Notes: generated by a model not told the origin, from the letters alone. 64,000 nucleotides of DNA from an uncultured Rhodospirillaceae bacterium (GCA_964343605.1 CAYFKJ010000004.1:60574-124573); one strand, 5' to 3'. Shown: positions 36,691-48,400, counted from the stretch's first letter. Translations and numbers: made by a program.

Positions 36691-39375
36691 CTAGGGCGCG
36701 GCCATGATATCGGCGATCGCTTCCTGCAGCTGTTGCAGGGAATAGGGCTTCTTCAGGATGGTCAAGCCGCGCGGCGCGTTTTCGCCGCCCGCATCCATCC
36801 GGTCCGGATATCCCGAGGTCAGGAGAATCCGGGGCCCGTCGCTCCGCTCGGCAACGGTCTCGGCGATATCGAAGCCGCTGACGCCGCCGGGCATGACGAC
36901 GTCACTGAACAAGAGGTCGAAATCCTGCCCGTCATCCAGGATTTTCAGCGCGTTTTTGCCGTCGACGGCTTCGACGACTTCCCAGCCGATACGCCGGAGC
37001 ATGGCCGACGTCGTCTGACGAACCGTGGAGTCGTCCTCGACAACCAGGACGGTTCCGGTCTGGCTTTTCGTTTCCGAGCTCAGTCGACGCGAAGCGGATT
37101 TTTTACCGGCCTCCAGAATCGCCGGCAGGGTTAGCGTCACTTTGGTGCCGGCGCCAACCTCGCTTTCGATCCTTGCATATCCCCCGGATTGGCGGGCGAA
37201 ACCATAGACCATACTCAGGCCGAGGCCGGTGCCTTCACCCACATCTTTGGTCGTGAAGAACGGATCGAAGGCTTTTTTCAGTACGTCCTTGGGCATGCCG
37301 GAGCCTGTGTCGGCGACCACGATTTCGATGTAATCGCCAGCCGCCACTACCTCACCGTCGACGTCGAGGTCTTTCTGCAGCGTCGTGCCCGAGACCCCGA
37401 TGGAGAGGTTGCCGCCCTCGGGCATGGCGCCGCGGGCGTTGATGGCAAGGTTGAGCAGGGCGTTCTGCAAAGCGTTGGAATCCGCCTGCAGTTGCGGAAC
37501 GCCCTCCTCCACGCGCACTGACAGCGAGATGTCCTCACCCAGCGTGCGTGCGAGTATTTCCTCGATTCCGGCGATATCCGAAGGCAGGTCTATGATGTCG
37601 GTATGGAGGTGTTGCTGGCGGGAAAAGGCAAGAAGCTGACCGGTCAAACGGGCGCCGTGCTCGGTCGTTGAAACGATCTGATCCAGCCACTTCACCTGTT
37701 GGGCGGCGTCCCCCATGGTTGACTGGACCATGGCAGAAGCCCCGCTGATGACTTGAAGCAGGTTGTTGAAGTCGTGCGCAACGCCCCCGGTGAGATGGCC
37801 GATCGCCTCCATCTTTTGGGCCTGGACCAGTTGCTGGCGCATCTTGGATTGTTCGCTAACATCGCGCAGCAAGGCCTGCAGCGCCGGTTCGCCTTCCCAT
37901 TCGACGACGCTAGTGGTCGCTTCGACGGCAACATGGGAGCCGTCCAGCTTGAGAAACGTGTGTTCCGTCAGGGGTGATCGTTGTCCGCTTTCCAGAACGC
38001 TTTCCATGCGCCTGGTCGAAAGATCAAGCGAGCTTTCGTGAACCCTGTCCTTGATCGGCGTGCCGATGAGATCTTCCGGCCGAACGGCCCCGAACAGCTC
38101 GCCGGCGCCTCGGTTGACGTACAGGATGTAGCCGTCGCGGTGAATGACCAGCGCATCCGCCAAGCTTTCAACCAGTTTCCTGTAGCGCTGCTCACTGCGG
38201 CCCAAGGCCTCGTCGGCCTGTTTCTTCTCGGTGATGTCGATCAGGGTGCTCTGAACGGCCGGTTCGCCGTTCCAGTTGACGACCTGCGACGATTGCCTGA
38301 GCCAGATACTGGTGCCGTCCTTTTTGCGGCCTTCGTATTCGTATTCGGACGGCGCGCTCTGCCCCGCCAACCGCGTATGCCGATAATCCCTCAGGCGCTC
38401 CAGCTCATGCGGCGCAACCACGCCGGCAAGCGTCTCGAGGCCCAGCATTTCCTCCACTGACCCAAACCCGAATATCGAAGCCGTCGCCCGGTTGACGTAA
38501 AGCGGCTTTCCGTCCCGATCAATAACCTGAATTCCCTCGCGCATATTGTCGGCGAGCTGGCGAAATCGCTCTTCACTGAGCGCAAGATCATCTTCCGCCC
38601 GCTTGCGGTCCGTGATGTCGACGAAGACGGTTTCGTACTGATCTTCATCAGGATAGAACATGGCCGACAGCTCGACCTGGAATTTGGATCCGTCTAGACG
38701 CACGAATTCGGTTTCGAAGCTGCGGTTGACGCCGTCACGCCGGCCCGCCGAAACGAACGCCTCCCGGTGTTTCATGTCCAACCAATGGTTTTCCGGCCGG
38801 TATTCCTCCATGAGCCGATCAACGCTCGGGTAACCGAGCATTTCAACGATCCGGTTGTTCGCTTCACTTAGTTTGCCGTCCGACATGCGGCCGCGCAGGA
38901 TGCCGACCTGGGCGTTTTCGAACAGGTTGCGAAATCGATTGTTCCGCCTCTCCATGACCTTGGCCTCGGCCGCAACTTCCCAGCGGCGGCGGATAATCGC
39001 CTCTTGCTTCATGACGACGGCCGGCAACAGTTCGAAATAGGTTTGGTCGTCATGTTTCACGACATAATCGGTCACCCCCATCGCCAGGGCCTCGGCGGCG
39101 ACGGCTTCGCTCCCCTCACCGGTAATAATGACGATGACCTGGTCGGGATTGATCCTCAGGGCCTCGCGGGCAACGTCCAGTCCGGACATGTCGGGAAGGC
39201 CGTAATCCAGCGCAACGATTTCGTGACTTGATGCCGCGAATTTCTCGATGCCGTCGCGGCCGCTCTCGGCAAGTTCGACGGCGTAGCCGTTCGATTCCAT
39301 GACGCTTTTGAAAAGCGTCCGCATCGGCGGATCGTCTTCGACATAAAGAATTTTTATCTGACGCTGGTCGTCCAT
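36691..39375 (-). CDS. hybrid sensor histidine kinase/response regulator (REC - multiple PAS - HisKA - HATPase - REC)
   Basis: 894 aa. N-terminal receiver (KILYVEDD...[11 protein letters not shown]), repeated PAS-like modules, H-box [12 protein letters not shown]-boxes DTGSGM and GTGLGLS, and C-terminal receiver (VLVVEDD...[10 protein letters not shown]). Confidence 0.9.
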   Translation of the reverse strand: MDDQRQIKILYVEDDPPMRTLFKSVMESNGYAVELAESGRDGIEKFAASSHEIVALDYGLPDMSGLDVAREALRINPDQVIVIITGEGSEAVAAEALAMGVTDYVVKHDDQTYFELLPAVVMKQEAIIRRRWEVAAEAKVMERRNNRFRNLFENAQVGILRGRMSDGKLSEANNRIVEMLGYPSVDRLMEEYRPENHWLDMKHREAFVSAGRRDGVNRSFETEFVRLDGSKFQVELSAMFYPDEDQYETVFVDITDRKRAEDDLALSEERFRQLADNMREGIQVIDRDGKPLYVNRATASIFGFGSVEEMLGLETLAGVVAPHELERLRDYRHTRLAGQSAPSEYEYEGRKKDGTSIWLRQSSQVVNWNGEPAVQSTLIDITEKKQADEALGRSEQRYRKLVESLADALVIHRDGYILYVNRGAGELFGAVRPEDLIGTPIKDRVHESSLDLSTRRMESVLESGQRSPLTEHTFLKLDGSHVAVEATTSVVEWEGEPALQALLRDVSEQSKMRQQLVQAQKMEAIGHLTGGVAHDFNNLLQVISGASAMVQSTMGDAAQQVKWLDQIVSTTEHGARLTGQLLAFSRQQHLHTDIIDLPSDIAGIEEILARTLGEDISLSVRVEEGVPQLQADSNALQNALLNLAINARGAMPEGGNLSIGVSGTTLQKDLDVDGEVVAAGDYIEIVVADTGSGMPKDVLKKAFDPFFTTKDVGEGTGLGLSMVYGFARQSGGYARIESEVGAGTKVTLTLPAILEAGKKSASRRLSSETKSQTGTVLVVEDDSTVRQTTSAMLRRIGWEVVEAVDGKNALKILDDGQDFDLLFSDVVMPGGVSGFDIAETVAERSDGPRILLTSGYPDRMDAGGENAPRGLTILKKPYSLQQLQEAIADIMAAP

Positions 39376-39572
39376 TTGCCTGCCAATCCCGCCCGCCCCT
39401 TGACTTTAAATCATATCAAGCGGGGTGGCATAGACCTTCTCGCCATGGGATGCCGTAAACAGCGCCATCACACCTCGGTGAACGAACCCTCCTCCGTGTT
39501 GACAAACTTGGGCGGTAAAAGGAATGTGAGGCCGATTTCCGGGGCGCCGCGGTGGTGACCGCCGGACTATTC

Positions 39573-40541
39573 ATGGGTGGTTACATGACACTGACAGCCG
39601 AAATTCCGGCGCCGCAAATCGGCAAATTTCAGGACCCCGACGTCACGGCGAAAGGGGAGCGTCGGGCCGAGGTCGGCCTCAGCAACATCGAAACGCTGTG
39701 GTTCAACACGGGAACGCTGTGCAACCTCGAATGCAGTCATTGCTATATCGAATCGAGTCCCACGAACGACAAATTGGTTTACCTGACGGCGCGGGAGGTC
39801 GGCGACTATCTGGACGAACTTCAGCGCAGCGATTGGCGTTGCAGCGAAATCGGCTTTACCGGCGGCGAACCGTTCATGAACCCGGAAATCATCGCCATGC
39901 TGGACGATGTCCTGGCGCGCGGTTTCCGGGCCCTGGTCCTGACGAACGCCATGCGGCCGATGATGAAGCTGGCAACGGAACTGCTTGAACTGAAGCGGCT
40001 CTATGGAGACAGTTTGCTGCTGCGTCTGTCGCTGGATCACTACACGCCCGCCCTTCACGACGAGGAACGCGGAGAACACACCTGGGAAAAGACCATGCCG
40101 GGCCTGCACTGGCTGGTCGAGCATAAATTCAACCTCCAGGTCGCCGGCCGCACTTGTTGGGCGGAATCCGAAGCCGAGCTGCGCGCGGGTTTTGCCCAAC
40201 TATTCGAAAAACTCGGCATGCAAGTGGACGCCAACGATCCGGCGGAATTGGTGCTGTTCCCTGAAATGGACGAACAGCGCGACGTGCCCGAGATTACCGT
40301 GTCTTGCTGGGACATCGTCGGCACCAAACCGGAAAACATGATGTGCGCCACATCGCGCATGGTCATCCGCCGCAAGGGTGAGGATCGGCCGGTCGTGGTC
40401 CCCTGCACCTTGCTCCCCTACGACCACCAGTTCGACCTGGGCCGGACGCTGGCCGAGGCCGACCGCTCCGTCAAACTCAATCACCCCTTCTGCGCCGAAT
40501 TCTGCGTTCTCGGCGGCGCCTCCTGCAGCGTGCACGACTAG
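39573..40541 (+). CDS. radical SAM protein (distantly ArsS-like, Cys-rich C-terminus)
   Basis: CX3CX2C motif CNLECSHCY, GGEPF motif, and C-terminal FCAEFCVLGGASCSV. Start at ATG 39573 or 39585 (the track ORF begins at GTG 39552). Confidence 0.8.
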   Translation: MGGYMTLTAEIPAPQIGKFQDPDVTAKGERRAEVGLSNIETLWFNTGTLCNLECSHCYIESSPTNDKLVYLTAREVGDYLDELQRSDWRCSEIGFTGGEPFMNPEIIAMLDDVLARGFRALVLTNAMRPMMKLATELLELKRLYGDSLLLRLSLDHYTPALHDEERGEHTWEKTMPGLHWLVEHKFNLQVAGRTCWAESEAELRAGFAQLFEKLGMQVDANDPAELVLFPEMDEQRDVPEITVSCWDIVGTKPENMMCATSRMVIRRKGEDRPVVVPCTLLPYDHQFDLGRTLAEADRSVKLNHPFCAEFCVLGGASCSVHD

Positions 40542-40543
40542 GC

Positions 40544-41416
40544 ATGACGCAGGACCTCCACCTCGGCGCCCTGGACGGTCCCGTCCTCATTTTCGGAGGT
40601 CCCTACAGCAACCTCGAGGCCACGCGGGCGCTGCTGGCGAAGACCCAGGCACTTGGCATCCCGTCTGAACGGACGATCTGCACGGGCGATGTCGTTGCTT
40701 ACTGCGCCGCCCCACAGGAATGCGTCGACCTGATCGCCGCGGCGAACCTTCCTGTCGTTATGGGCAATTGCGAGGAGTCGCTGGGCGCCGGGTCGGTGGA
40801 CTGCGGTTGCGGTTTCGATCCCGGCGGGACCTGTGATCGCTTGGCGGCGGACTGGTATTCCTATGCCAGCCGACATCTCGACCAGACGGCCAGGCGCTGG
40901 ATGCGCGGATTGCCGTCCCGGATCACCTTGGAAATCGCCGGACGCCGGCTTGCCGTCGTTCATGGCGCAGCCAGTGAAATCAATCGCTTCGTGTTCGCCT
41001 CCACGGAGTGGCGCGAAAAACGTCTCGAAATCGAGACGACGGGCTGCGACGGCGTCATTTGCGGCCACTCGGGCCTGCCCTTCACCCAACTTCAGGACGA
41101 TCAACTCTGGCACAATGCCGGCGTCATCGGCCTGCCCGCCAATGACGGCACGCCGCGCACCTGGTTCAGTACGCTCACGCCCCGTCCGGAAGGCATCCTG
41201 ATCGAACATCACGCTTTGGTGTACGAGGCAGGTTCGGCCGCCGCGGCGATGCGATCGGAGGGGTTGCCGGAGGAATACGCCGAGGCGCTGGTGACGGGCC
41301 TATGGGACAATTGCGAAATTCTTCCGGACCGGGAAACGGCGGCCCGCGGCGTCCCGTTGGCGCCGCCGCCGATCCTTTGGCGAACGGCGGAAAAGCAGCA
41401 TACCGCAGCGGCCTGA
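40544..41416 (+). CDS. metallophosphoesterase family protein
   Basis: 290 aa. Calcineurin-like motifs GDVVAY, GNCE, VVHGA and CGHSG. Starts 2 nt after the radical SAM stop. Confidence 0.8.
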   Translation: MTQDLHLGALDGPVLIFGGPYSNLEATRALLAKTQALGIPSERTICTGDVVAYCAAPQECVDLIAAANLPVVMGNCEESLGAGSVDCGCGFDPGGTCDRLAADWYSYASRHLDQTARRWMRGLPSRITLEIAGRRLAVVHGAASEINRFVFASTEWREKRLEIETTGCDGVICGHSGLPFTQLQDDQLWHNAGVIGLPANDGTPRTWFSTLTPRPEGILIEHHALVYEAGSAAAAMRSEGLPEEYAEALVTGLWDNCEILPDRETAARGVPLAPPPILWRTAEKQHTAAA

Positions 41417-41493
41417 CCGCCCCGCCCTGCCCCTTACAGGGAATCGACTGCTTGACGGAAGGAGGCGGCGGGACTATATCTCCGTCAACGTCG

Positions 41494-41546
41494 TGGTGAT
41501 TTGAGCCGGCCGGCTTGCAGCCACGTTAATCATACCGCTAAAAGGC
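41494..41546 (+). promoter_or_regulatory. probable SAM-II (metA-type) riboswitch aptamer
   Basis: GUGGUGAUUUGAGCCGGCCGGCUUGCAGCCACGUUAAUCAUACCGCUAAAAGGCC. Has a GUGG/CCAC closing helix, a GGCU-UGC-AGCC hairpin, and a 3' CGCUAAAA tail able to pair with the 5' AUUUGAGC(C)GG strand as a pseudoknot. It sits upstream of metZ, as expected for this class in Alphaproteobacteria. Confidence 0.55.
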
Positions 41547-41560
41547 CGGGGCGAATGGAA

Positions 41561-41585
41561 CCCTGGCCAGAGGCCGGGGTTTTTT
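41561..41585 (+). terminator. intrinsic terminator/attenuator hairpin downstream of the riboswitch
   Basis: CCCUGGCC-AGA-GGCCGGGG (8 bp including one G-U) followed by UUUUUU. It ends 20 nt before the metZ ATG. Confidence 0.6.
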
Positions 41586-41604
41586 GATGCCGGAGGACCG
41601 GACA

Positions 41605-42813
41605 ATGAATTCAGACGTCGACCAGAGCAATTGGCGGCAAGCCACGCGCCTCGTCCGGGGCGCGACCTTGCGCAGTTCCCACGGTGAAACCAGCGAAGCC
41701 CTGTTCATGACGTCGGGCTACGTGTACGACAGCGCCGACAGTGCGGAGGCGCGCTTCAAGGGCGACGCCGAGGGGTTCATCTATTCGCGCTACGCCAACC
41801 CGACCGTGGCGATGTTCGAGGAGCGCATGGCGCTGCTCGAAGGCGCCGAAGCCGCAGCCGCGACGGCCAGCGGCATGGCGGCGGTCAACGCGGCGCTGGC
41901 CTGCCAACTCAAGGCGGGTGACCGGGTGGTCGCCTCCCGCGCCCTTTTCGGTTCGTCGCTCTACCTGCTGGAGGACCTGTTTCCCCGCTTCGGCGTCGAC
42001 GTGACCCTGGTCGACGGTATCCAACTGGATCAGTGGCGCGAGGCGCTGGCGCCGGGCGCCGCCTGCGTGCTGCTCGAAACGCCTTCCAATCCGACCCTGG
42101 AAATCATCGATCTCGAAACGGTTTGCGAGCTGGCCCACGAAGCCGGCGCTCGCGTCATCGTCGACAATGTCTTTGCCACGCCGGTCCTGCAAAAGCCCTT
42201 GGAATTCGGCGCTGACATTGTCGTCTACTCGGCGACCAAGCATATCGACGGGCAAGGCCGTTGCCTGGGAGGGGTCATCTTGGCCGACGAGGAGTTCATC
42301 AACGACCTCATCGGCCCCTACCTCAAACACACCGGGCCGAGCCTCAGCCCCTTTAACGCCTGGACGCTGTTGAAGGGATTGGAGACCCTCGATCTCAGGG
42401 TCCGCCGCCAAAGCGAAAACGCGGTCAAAGTGGCGGACTTCCTGGCCGGGCACAAGAATACCGGGCGCGTCATATACCCGGGGCGGGAGGATCACCCGCA
42501 ATTTGACCTGGCGTCCAAGTACATGGACGCCGGCAGCAATCTGATCTCCTTCGAAGTGGTCGACAACGAAGGCCGGGAAAGCAAGGAGGCGGCCTTCGCC
42601 TTCCTCAACACGCTGCAATTGGTCGACATTTCGAACAATCTGGGCGATGCCAAGAGCCTGATCACCCATCCCGAAACCACGACACACCAGCGACTGACGC
42701 CTGAGGCTCGCGCCCATCTCGGCATCGGCTCCGGCCTGGTTCGATTGTCGGTCGGATTGGAGGACCCGGACGACCTGATCGCCGATTTCGGTGAAGCTCT
42801 TTCGAACATTTAA
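41605..42813 (+). CDS. metZ: O-succinylhomoserine sulfhydrylase
   Basis: 402 aa from ATG 41605, with GGAGGA 6 nt upstream. Cys/Met-metabolism PLP family; PLP-lysine context YSATKHIDGQGR. The N-terminus (WRQATRLVRGG-type) is typical of MetZ. Confidence 0.85.
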   Translation: MNSDVDQSNWRQATRLVRGATLRSSHGETSEALFMTSGYVYDSADSAEARFKGDAEGFIYSRYANPTVAMFEERMALLEGAEAAAATASGMAAVNAALACQLKAGDRVVASRALFGSSLYLLEDLFPRFGVDVTLVDGIQLDQWREALAPGAACVLLETPSNPTLEIIDLETVCELAHEAGARVIVDNVFATPVLQKPLEFGADIVVYSATKHIDGQGRCLGGVILADEEFINDLIGPYLKHTGPSLSPFNAWTLLKGLETLDLRVRRQSENAVKVADFLAGHKNTGRVIYPGREDHPQFDLASKYMDAGSNLISFEVVDNEGRESKEAAFAFLNTLQLVDISNNLGDAKSLITHPETTTHQRLTPEARAHLGIGSGLVRLSVGLEDPDDLIADFGEALSNI

Positions 42814-42915
42814 TCTCAAACGTCGTTTTTCTGGACAAACGGAGCCCGAAGCACGATATTTTTGACGCAGCGCAGGTCATTACGCGAATACGAAACGCTA
42901 TCGAAACGAACGAAA

Positions 42916-43308
42916 ATGTACTCTGAAACCACGCGATCCATTCAGGTGACGGTCGAGCCCAACTATCTGGACGACCAGTCGGAACCGGACGAAGACCGCT
43001 ATGTCTGGTCCTATTCCATCCGGATCGAAAACCGGGGGGCTGAAACGGTGCAGCTGCGTCACCGCTATTGGCACATCACGGACGCCAAGGGCCGGACGCA
43101 GGAGGTTCACGGCGCGGGCGTGATCGGTGAGCAACCCGTGCTCAAACCCGGCGAGGCGTTCGAGTACACCAGCGGCACACCGTTGCCGACGCCTTCGGGG
43201 ATCATGTTGGGTTCCTACGAAATGGAAACCAAAACGGGCGAGATGTTTGACGTCAAAGTGCCGGCCTTCTCCCTCGACAGCCCCCATGAAATACAGTTAC
43301 GGCACTAG
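42916..43308 (+). CDS. apaG: ApaG (DUF525) protein
   Basis: 130 aa from ATG 42916. Conserved YVWSYSIRIEN, RHWHITDA and GAGVIGEQPVLKPGE blocks. Confidence 0.9.
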   Translation: MYSETTRSIQVTVEPNYLDDQSEPDEDRYVWSYSIRIENRGAETVQLRHRYWHITDAKGRTQEVHGAGVIGEQPVLKPGEAFEYTSGTPLPTPSGIMLGSYEMETKTGEMFDVKVPAFSLDSPHEIQLRH

Positions 43309-43348
43309 GAACTCCCAAGTTTCCATCTCAATCTGACAGGAGCTTGCT

Positions 43349-43942
43349 TTGGCCAAACCGAGCCGCGAGGAAGCCGAAGACGCCGTTCGCACCCTTATCA
43401 AGTGGGCCGGCGACGACCCCGAACGCGAGGGATTGGAGGGCACGCCCGACCGTGTCGTGCGGGCCTACGAGGAGCATTTCGCGGGCTATGCCGACGACCC
43501 TCTCGACTACCTCAAAAGGACGTTCGAGGAGGTCAACGGCTACGACGAGATGGTCGTACTGCGTGATATCCGCTTCGAATCGCATTGCGAACATCACATG
43601 CTGCCGATTATCGGCGTGGCCCACGTCGCCTATCTGCCCAACAAGCGCGTCGTCGGCATCAGCAAACTGGTGCGGCTGGTCGAGGTCTACGCCAAGCGGC
43701 TGCAGATCCAGGAAAAACTGACGGCGCAAATCGCCGAATCGCTCAACGACGTCCTCGTGCCGAAGGGGGTCGGCGTCGTTGTCGAGGCGGCCCATCAGTG
43801 CATGACGACGCGCGGGGTCAACAAGCCGGGCGTGACCATGGTGACCAGCCATATGCTGGGCGGATTTCGCAACGATCCCAAGACGCGCCGCGAATTCCTC
43901 GCCATCATCAACAGCCCCAAGGGCACGCCCGCCAACGTCTAG
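43349..43942 (+). CDS. folE: GTP cyclohydrolase I
   Basis: 197 aa with the SHCEHHMLP zinc-binding motif and the RLQIQE block. Confidence 0.93.
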   Translation: MAKPSREEAEDAVRTLIKWAGDDPEREGLEGTPDRVVRAYEEHFAGYADDPLDYLKRTFEEVNGYDEMVVLRDIRFESHCEHHMLPIIGVAHVAYLPNKRVVGISKLVRLVEVYAKRLQIQEKLTAQIAESLNDVLVPKGVGVVVEAAHQCMTTRGVNKPGVTMVTSHMLGGFRNDPKTRREFLAIINSPKGTPANV

Positions 43943-44040
43943 CGCAACGCAGGCGCGTGGACATTGGGCCCGCCCCGGTCAATAATCCGCTGCAATTTGA
44001 GGATGGATCCGAATTCCAGGCGTAACCCGGGTCAATTGTT

Positions 44041-45489
44041 TTGATCGAATTTCGGCCACTCTTTTTTATCTGCGGCATTTTGCTGACGATGCTCGGCTTG
44101 GCGATGCTGATTCCCGCCGTTGCCGACGCCGTGACGGACAATCCAGATTGGGCGGTGTTCATGGCCTCGGCCTTCGTCACCCTGTTCGCGGGCGGCGCCC
44201 TGATTCTGACGACGCGGGAGAAATTCCGCGCCCTCGTGGTGCGCCAGGCCTTCGTCCTCACGACGCTGGCTTGGATCATGCTGGCCGGCTTTGCCGCTTT
44301 ACCGTTCGCCTTCTCCAACCTGGGCCTGAGCTATACCGACGCTTTCTTCGAAGCGATGTCCGGCATTACCACCACCGGTTCCACCGTCATCAGCGGGCTC
44401 GATAGCGCCCCGCCCGGCATTCTGCTGTGGCGAGCGCTGCTGCAATGGCTCGGCGGCATCGGCATCATCGTCATGGCCATCGCCGTGCTGCCCATGCTGC
44501 AGGTCGGCGGCATGCAGCTCTTTCGCATGGAATCGTCGGATGCCTCAGACAAGGCGTTTCCCCGCGCCGCCCAGATATCGGCGGCAACCGCGATTATCTA
44601 CTTCGTCCTGACGGTGGTCTGCGCCGCCGCCATGTGGGCAGCCGGCATGACGCCTTTCGAGGCTGCGGCCCACAGCATGACGACCATTGCGACGGGTGGA
44701 TTTTCGACCTCCGACGCCTCCATCGGCCATTTCAACTCGGCCGCGCTCGACTGGATCATCATCGTCTTCATGATCCTGGGCAGCCTCCCCTTCGTGCTCT
44801 ACCTCGCCGCCGTTCGCGGCAACCCCAGGGCGCTCTGGATGGACACGCAGGTGCGCTGGTTCTTCGCCATCGTCGTCGTCGCCATCGCCATGATCGTCAT
44901 CTGGCTGGTCACGGCTCTCGATGTCGACACCCTGAGCGCCATCCGCCTGTCGACCTTCAACGTGATCTCGATCATCACCGGCACGGGCTACGCCACGGCC
45001 GATTACAACGCCTGGGGCGCGCTGCCCGTCACCGCGTTCTTCTTCTTCATGTTCATCGGCGGCTGCGCCGGGTCGACCTCGTGCGGCATCAAGATCTTTC
45101 GCTACCAGGTGCTGTTCGCCACCGCCCGCATCCAGTTCCGGCGGCTGTGGCAGCCCCATGGCGTCTTTACGCCGCTCTATAACCGCCGGCCCATCCCCGA
45201 ATCGGTGACCGACGCGGTCATGAGTTTCTTCTTCCTGTTTGCCCTGACGTTCGGGGTGCTGGCGCTGTTGCTGACGCTGATCGGCCTCGATTTCACCACG
45301 GCCGTTTCGGGTGCAGCCACGGCCATCGCCAACGTCGGCCCGGCGCTCGGAGACATCATCGGTCCAAGCGGCACGTTCGCGACGCTGCCGGACAGCGCGA
45401 AATGGATCCTGAGTGCGGGAATGCTGCTGGGGCGGCTGGAGTTGCTGACCGTGCTGGTGCTGTTCACGCCGGCGTTCTGGCGCGGCTAG
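44041..45489 (+). CDS. trkH: TrkH family potassium uptake protein
   Basis: 482 aa polytopic protein. Repeated selectivity-filter-like motifs (TTTGST, ATGGFS, TGTGYA, GCAGSTSCG). TTG start. Confidence 0.88.
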   Translation: MIEFRPLFFICGILLTMLGLAMLIPAVADAVTDNPDWAVFMASAFVTLFAGGALILTTREKFRALVVRQAFVLTTLAWIMLAGFAALPFAFSNLGLSYTDAFFEAMSGITTTGSTVISGLDSAPPGILLWRALLQWLGGIGIIVMAIAVLPMLQVGGMQLFRMESSDASDKAFPRAAQISAATAIIYFVLTVVCAAAMWAAGMTPFEAAAHSMTTIATGGFSTSDASIGHFNSAALDWIIIVFMILGSLPFVLYLAAVRGNPRALWMDTQVRWFFAIVVVAIAMIVIWLVTALDVDTLSAIRLSTFNVISIITGTGYATADYNAWGALPVTAFFFFMFIGGCAGSTSCGIKIFRYQVLFATARIQFRRLWQPHGVFTPLYNRRPIPESVTDAVMSFFFLFALTFGVLALLLTLIGLDFTTAVSGAATAIANVGPALGDIIGPSGTFATLPDSAKWILSAGMLLGRLELLTVLVLFTPAFWRG

Positions 45490-45492
45490 GGG

Positions 45493-48400
45493 TTACTCCG
45501 CCGGCGTCCCCGACAACGATTCCTCTTTGCCACGTCCGATCAGCCTGCCGAAATCGGCCTGCGCCGCCAGCAAGGCAGGTACAACCACAAGAACCAGCGC
45601 CGTCGCCACGCCCAGACCGAAGACGATGGTGATGGCCATGGGGATCATGAACTGGGCCTGAAGACTGGTCTCGAACATCAGGGGCAAGAGGCCACCGATG
45701 GTCGTCAGCGACGTCAACAGCACCGCCCGCAAACGATCTCTGGCGCCGCCGATGATGGCGTTCTCCCAGCTCTCGCCGTGAGCCAATCGCTCCTCGATGA
45801 CGCTGACCAGGATGATCGAATTGTTGACCAGGATGCCCGCGAGGCCCAGCAAGGCCACCAGACTGAGAATGCTGAGGTCGAAGCCCATGACGAGGTGGCC
45901 GATCACTGCGCCCACGAGACCGAAGGGGATGATCGCCATGACCACAAGGGGCCGAACGTAGCTCGCGAACACCCAGGCCAGGATGAGGTAGATGGCGCCG
46001 AGCCCCAAGGCGGCGCCGATCTTCATTTCGCCCAGCGTTTTGGCCTGTTCCTCGAATTTGCCGCGGAACACGTAGTCGAGGTCGTGACGGGCCGCTATCT
46101 CGGCCAGTCCGGCATCCTCCAAGGCGGTTAGCGTGGCTGCCGAACTGGTGACCGTTTCGTCGATCTCGGCAGTGACAGCAACCTCGCGCTCCCCATCCTC
46201 CCGGCGGATTCGCGCGAAACCCCGGCTCTCTCGAATATTTACCACCTCGCTCAAAGGCACCTCGGTGCCGCTGGGCGCGCGCAGGTAGAGGTCACGCAAG
46301 GTCCCCCCGCCGGCTTCGCCCCGGGGGAACTGCACGCGTACGGCGACTTCCTCATCGCCGCGCGCAAACCGCTTGGCGATGTGGCCTTCGAATGCGTCAC
46401 GCACCTGCCGGCCGACGCTTTGCGTCGTGAAGCCGAGCGCCTTGCCGCGAGGCGAAACCTCAAGAATGACCTCGCGCTTGCCGAACGGGAGATCGTCCTC
46501 GATGTCGCTGACGCCGGGGAAGCGGGCCAGGAGAGCTTTGACTTCGTCCGAGGCCGCCTTGAGTGCCGTGGTCGTACCGCCGGTCAGGCGAACGTCGATC
46601 TCCTTGCCGGGCGGTCCGTGCGACGGCGCCGACAACGAGACCCGGTCGATACCCGCCAAGGGAACCACTTCCTTGCGCCAGGCCTCGATGAATTCCGCCG
46701 TGGTCACCGGCCGTTGGTCTGAGGGTACCAGTTCGACGTGGATGCCGCCGAGATGGACGCCGGGGCGACCGGCGAATTCGCGAGCAACGGAGTGGCCGAC
46801 GATGGCAAAGTTGGAATTGATCAGCCCACCCTTGCCGTCACTCAGCTTGGCCTCGGCCCGACGCATGCCGGCTTCGAGGTCGTGGATCATGCGCTCCGTC
46901 TGGCTGCGCGGACTGCCGGGGGCGAAGACGACGTTGGCGAAGATGTTGTCGCCCTCGGGTGCGGGGAAGAAATTGAAGCCGACGCGTCCGCCCAACACCA
47001 GGCCTGCGCTAAGGATCAGAAACGCGAGGGCCGCCGACAACGTAACGTAGCGCCAGCGAACGCATAGGCTGACAAATCGGACAAACCAGCCGTCCCGAAT
47101 GCGATTGAAGCCCTCGTCAAACCAGGTTCTGAATCTGGAAGCGCCTTCCCTGGGCCGCGGGAGGGCTCCCCGCAGATGCCCCGGCAGGACCAGGAAACAC
47201 TCCATCAGACTGGCGACCAGCACCGAAACGACGACGAAGGGGATGGCCGAGATGACCTGCCCGATGATGTCGCCGATCATGAAGATCGGCATGAACGCGG
47301 CGATCGTCGTCAAGGAAGAACTCATGACGGGCGCCAGCATGCGCACGGCGCCGCTTTCCGCGGCATCGATGGGGCCGAGCCCCTGGGCCCGCCGGGTGGC
47401 GGCATGTTCGCCCACGACGATGGCGTCGTCGACGATGATTCCGAGGGTCATGATCAACGCGAACAGGCTGATCATATTGATGGTCTGCCCGGTGAACAGC
47501 ATGGCGCCCATGGTCGCCATCATGGCGACGGGAATACCGACGGCGATCCAGAAGGCTAAGCGGCCGCTGAGGAACAGGAACAACACTCCGAGAACCAGAA
47601 TCAAGCCGCCCGCGCCGTTTCGCAACAGCAATTTGATACGGTCGTCGATCAGCGCAGCCCGAACATCGTAGTGATTGAGAACCATGGTGGGCGGCAGCGT
47701 CGGGCGCAGCTCCGCCAAGTAGTTGTCAACGATTTCAGCCTGGTCAAGCGCATCGGCATTGGTGGCCCGCTGGATGTGCAGACCGATCGCCGGCACGCCG
47801 TCCTGCAGGGTTGAGACCCCATGAAATTCGAAAGCGTCCGAAATGTCGGCGATATCCTTGAGGAATATCTTTTCGCCGTTATCTAACGAGCGAATTTCAA
47901 TATCGGCGATGGCGTCCGCGTGCTTGGCAAGACCGATGCTGCGAATCTGCGCCTCGAACTGTCCTTCCATGGTGCCGGAGGGCAGATCCTGGGACGTCGA
48001 GCGAATCTTGTCGCCGATATCGCGAAGCTGGAGATCGAGACGGCGCAGCGTTTTGGGCTGGACCTCCACCCAGATTTCCTCCTTGCGGGCACCGGTCAAC
48101 GATACCTGGGCGATGCCCCGCGCCAGCAAGTCGTCGCGGATACGCTTGGCCGTCGCCTTCAGGGCGGCCTCGGAAAACGGTCCCGAGATCGATAACCGGG
48201 AAATCGGGTCGTAGTGCACGGCGCGGGCGACGACCGGCTTGTCGCTGTCCTCCGGCAACGTCGTGATGCGGCCCACGGCACTTTCGACATTCGACAATGC
48301 CGCCTGCATGTCGGCGCCGGACTCGAACTCGATAACGATAATGGCGAGGCCCTCACGCGCCGTCGAGGTCACCCGCTTGACCGAATCGATGAAGCGCACC

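Noticed and set aside
39376-39558. 60-aa ORF in the histidine kinase / radical SAM intergenic region
   Set aside because: It has no ribosome-binding site and a non-coding-like composition, and it sits in a probable divergent promoter region.
36546-41416. Possible genomic island integrated at tRNA-Gly
   Set aside because: There is no integrase, recombinase or transposase, no repeat of the tRNA 3' end, and no clear compositional shift on either side of the tRNA. The flanking genes look chromosomal.
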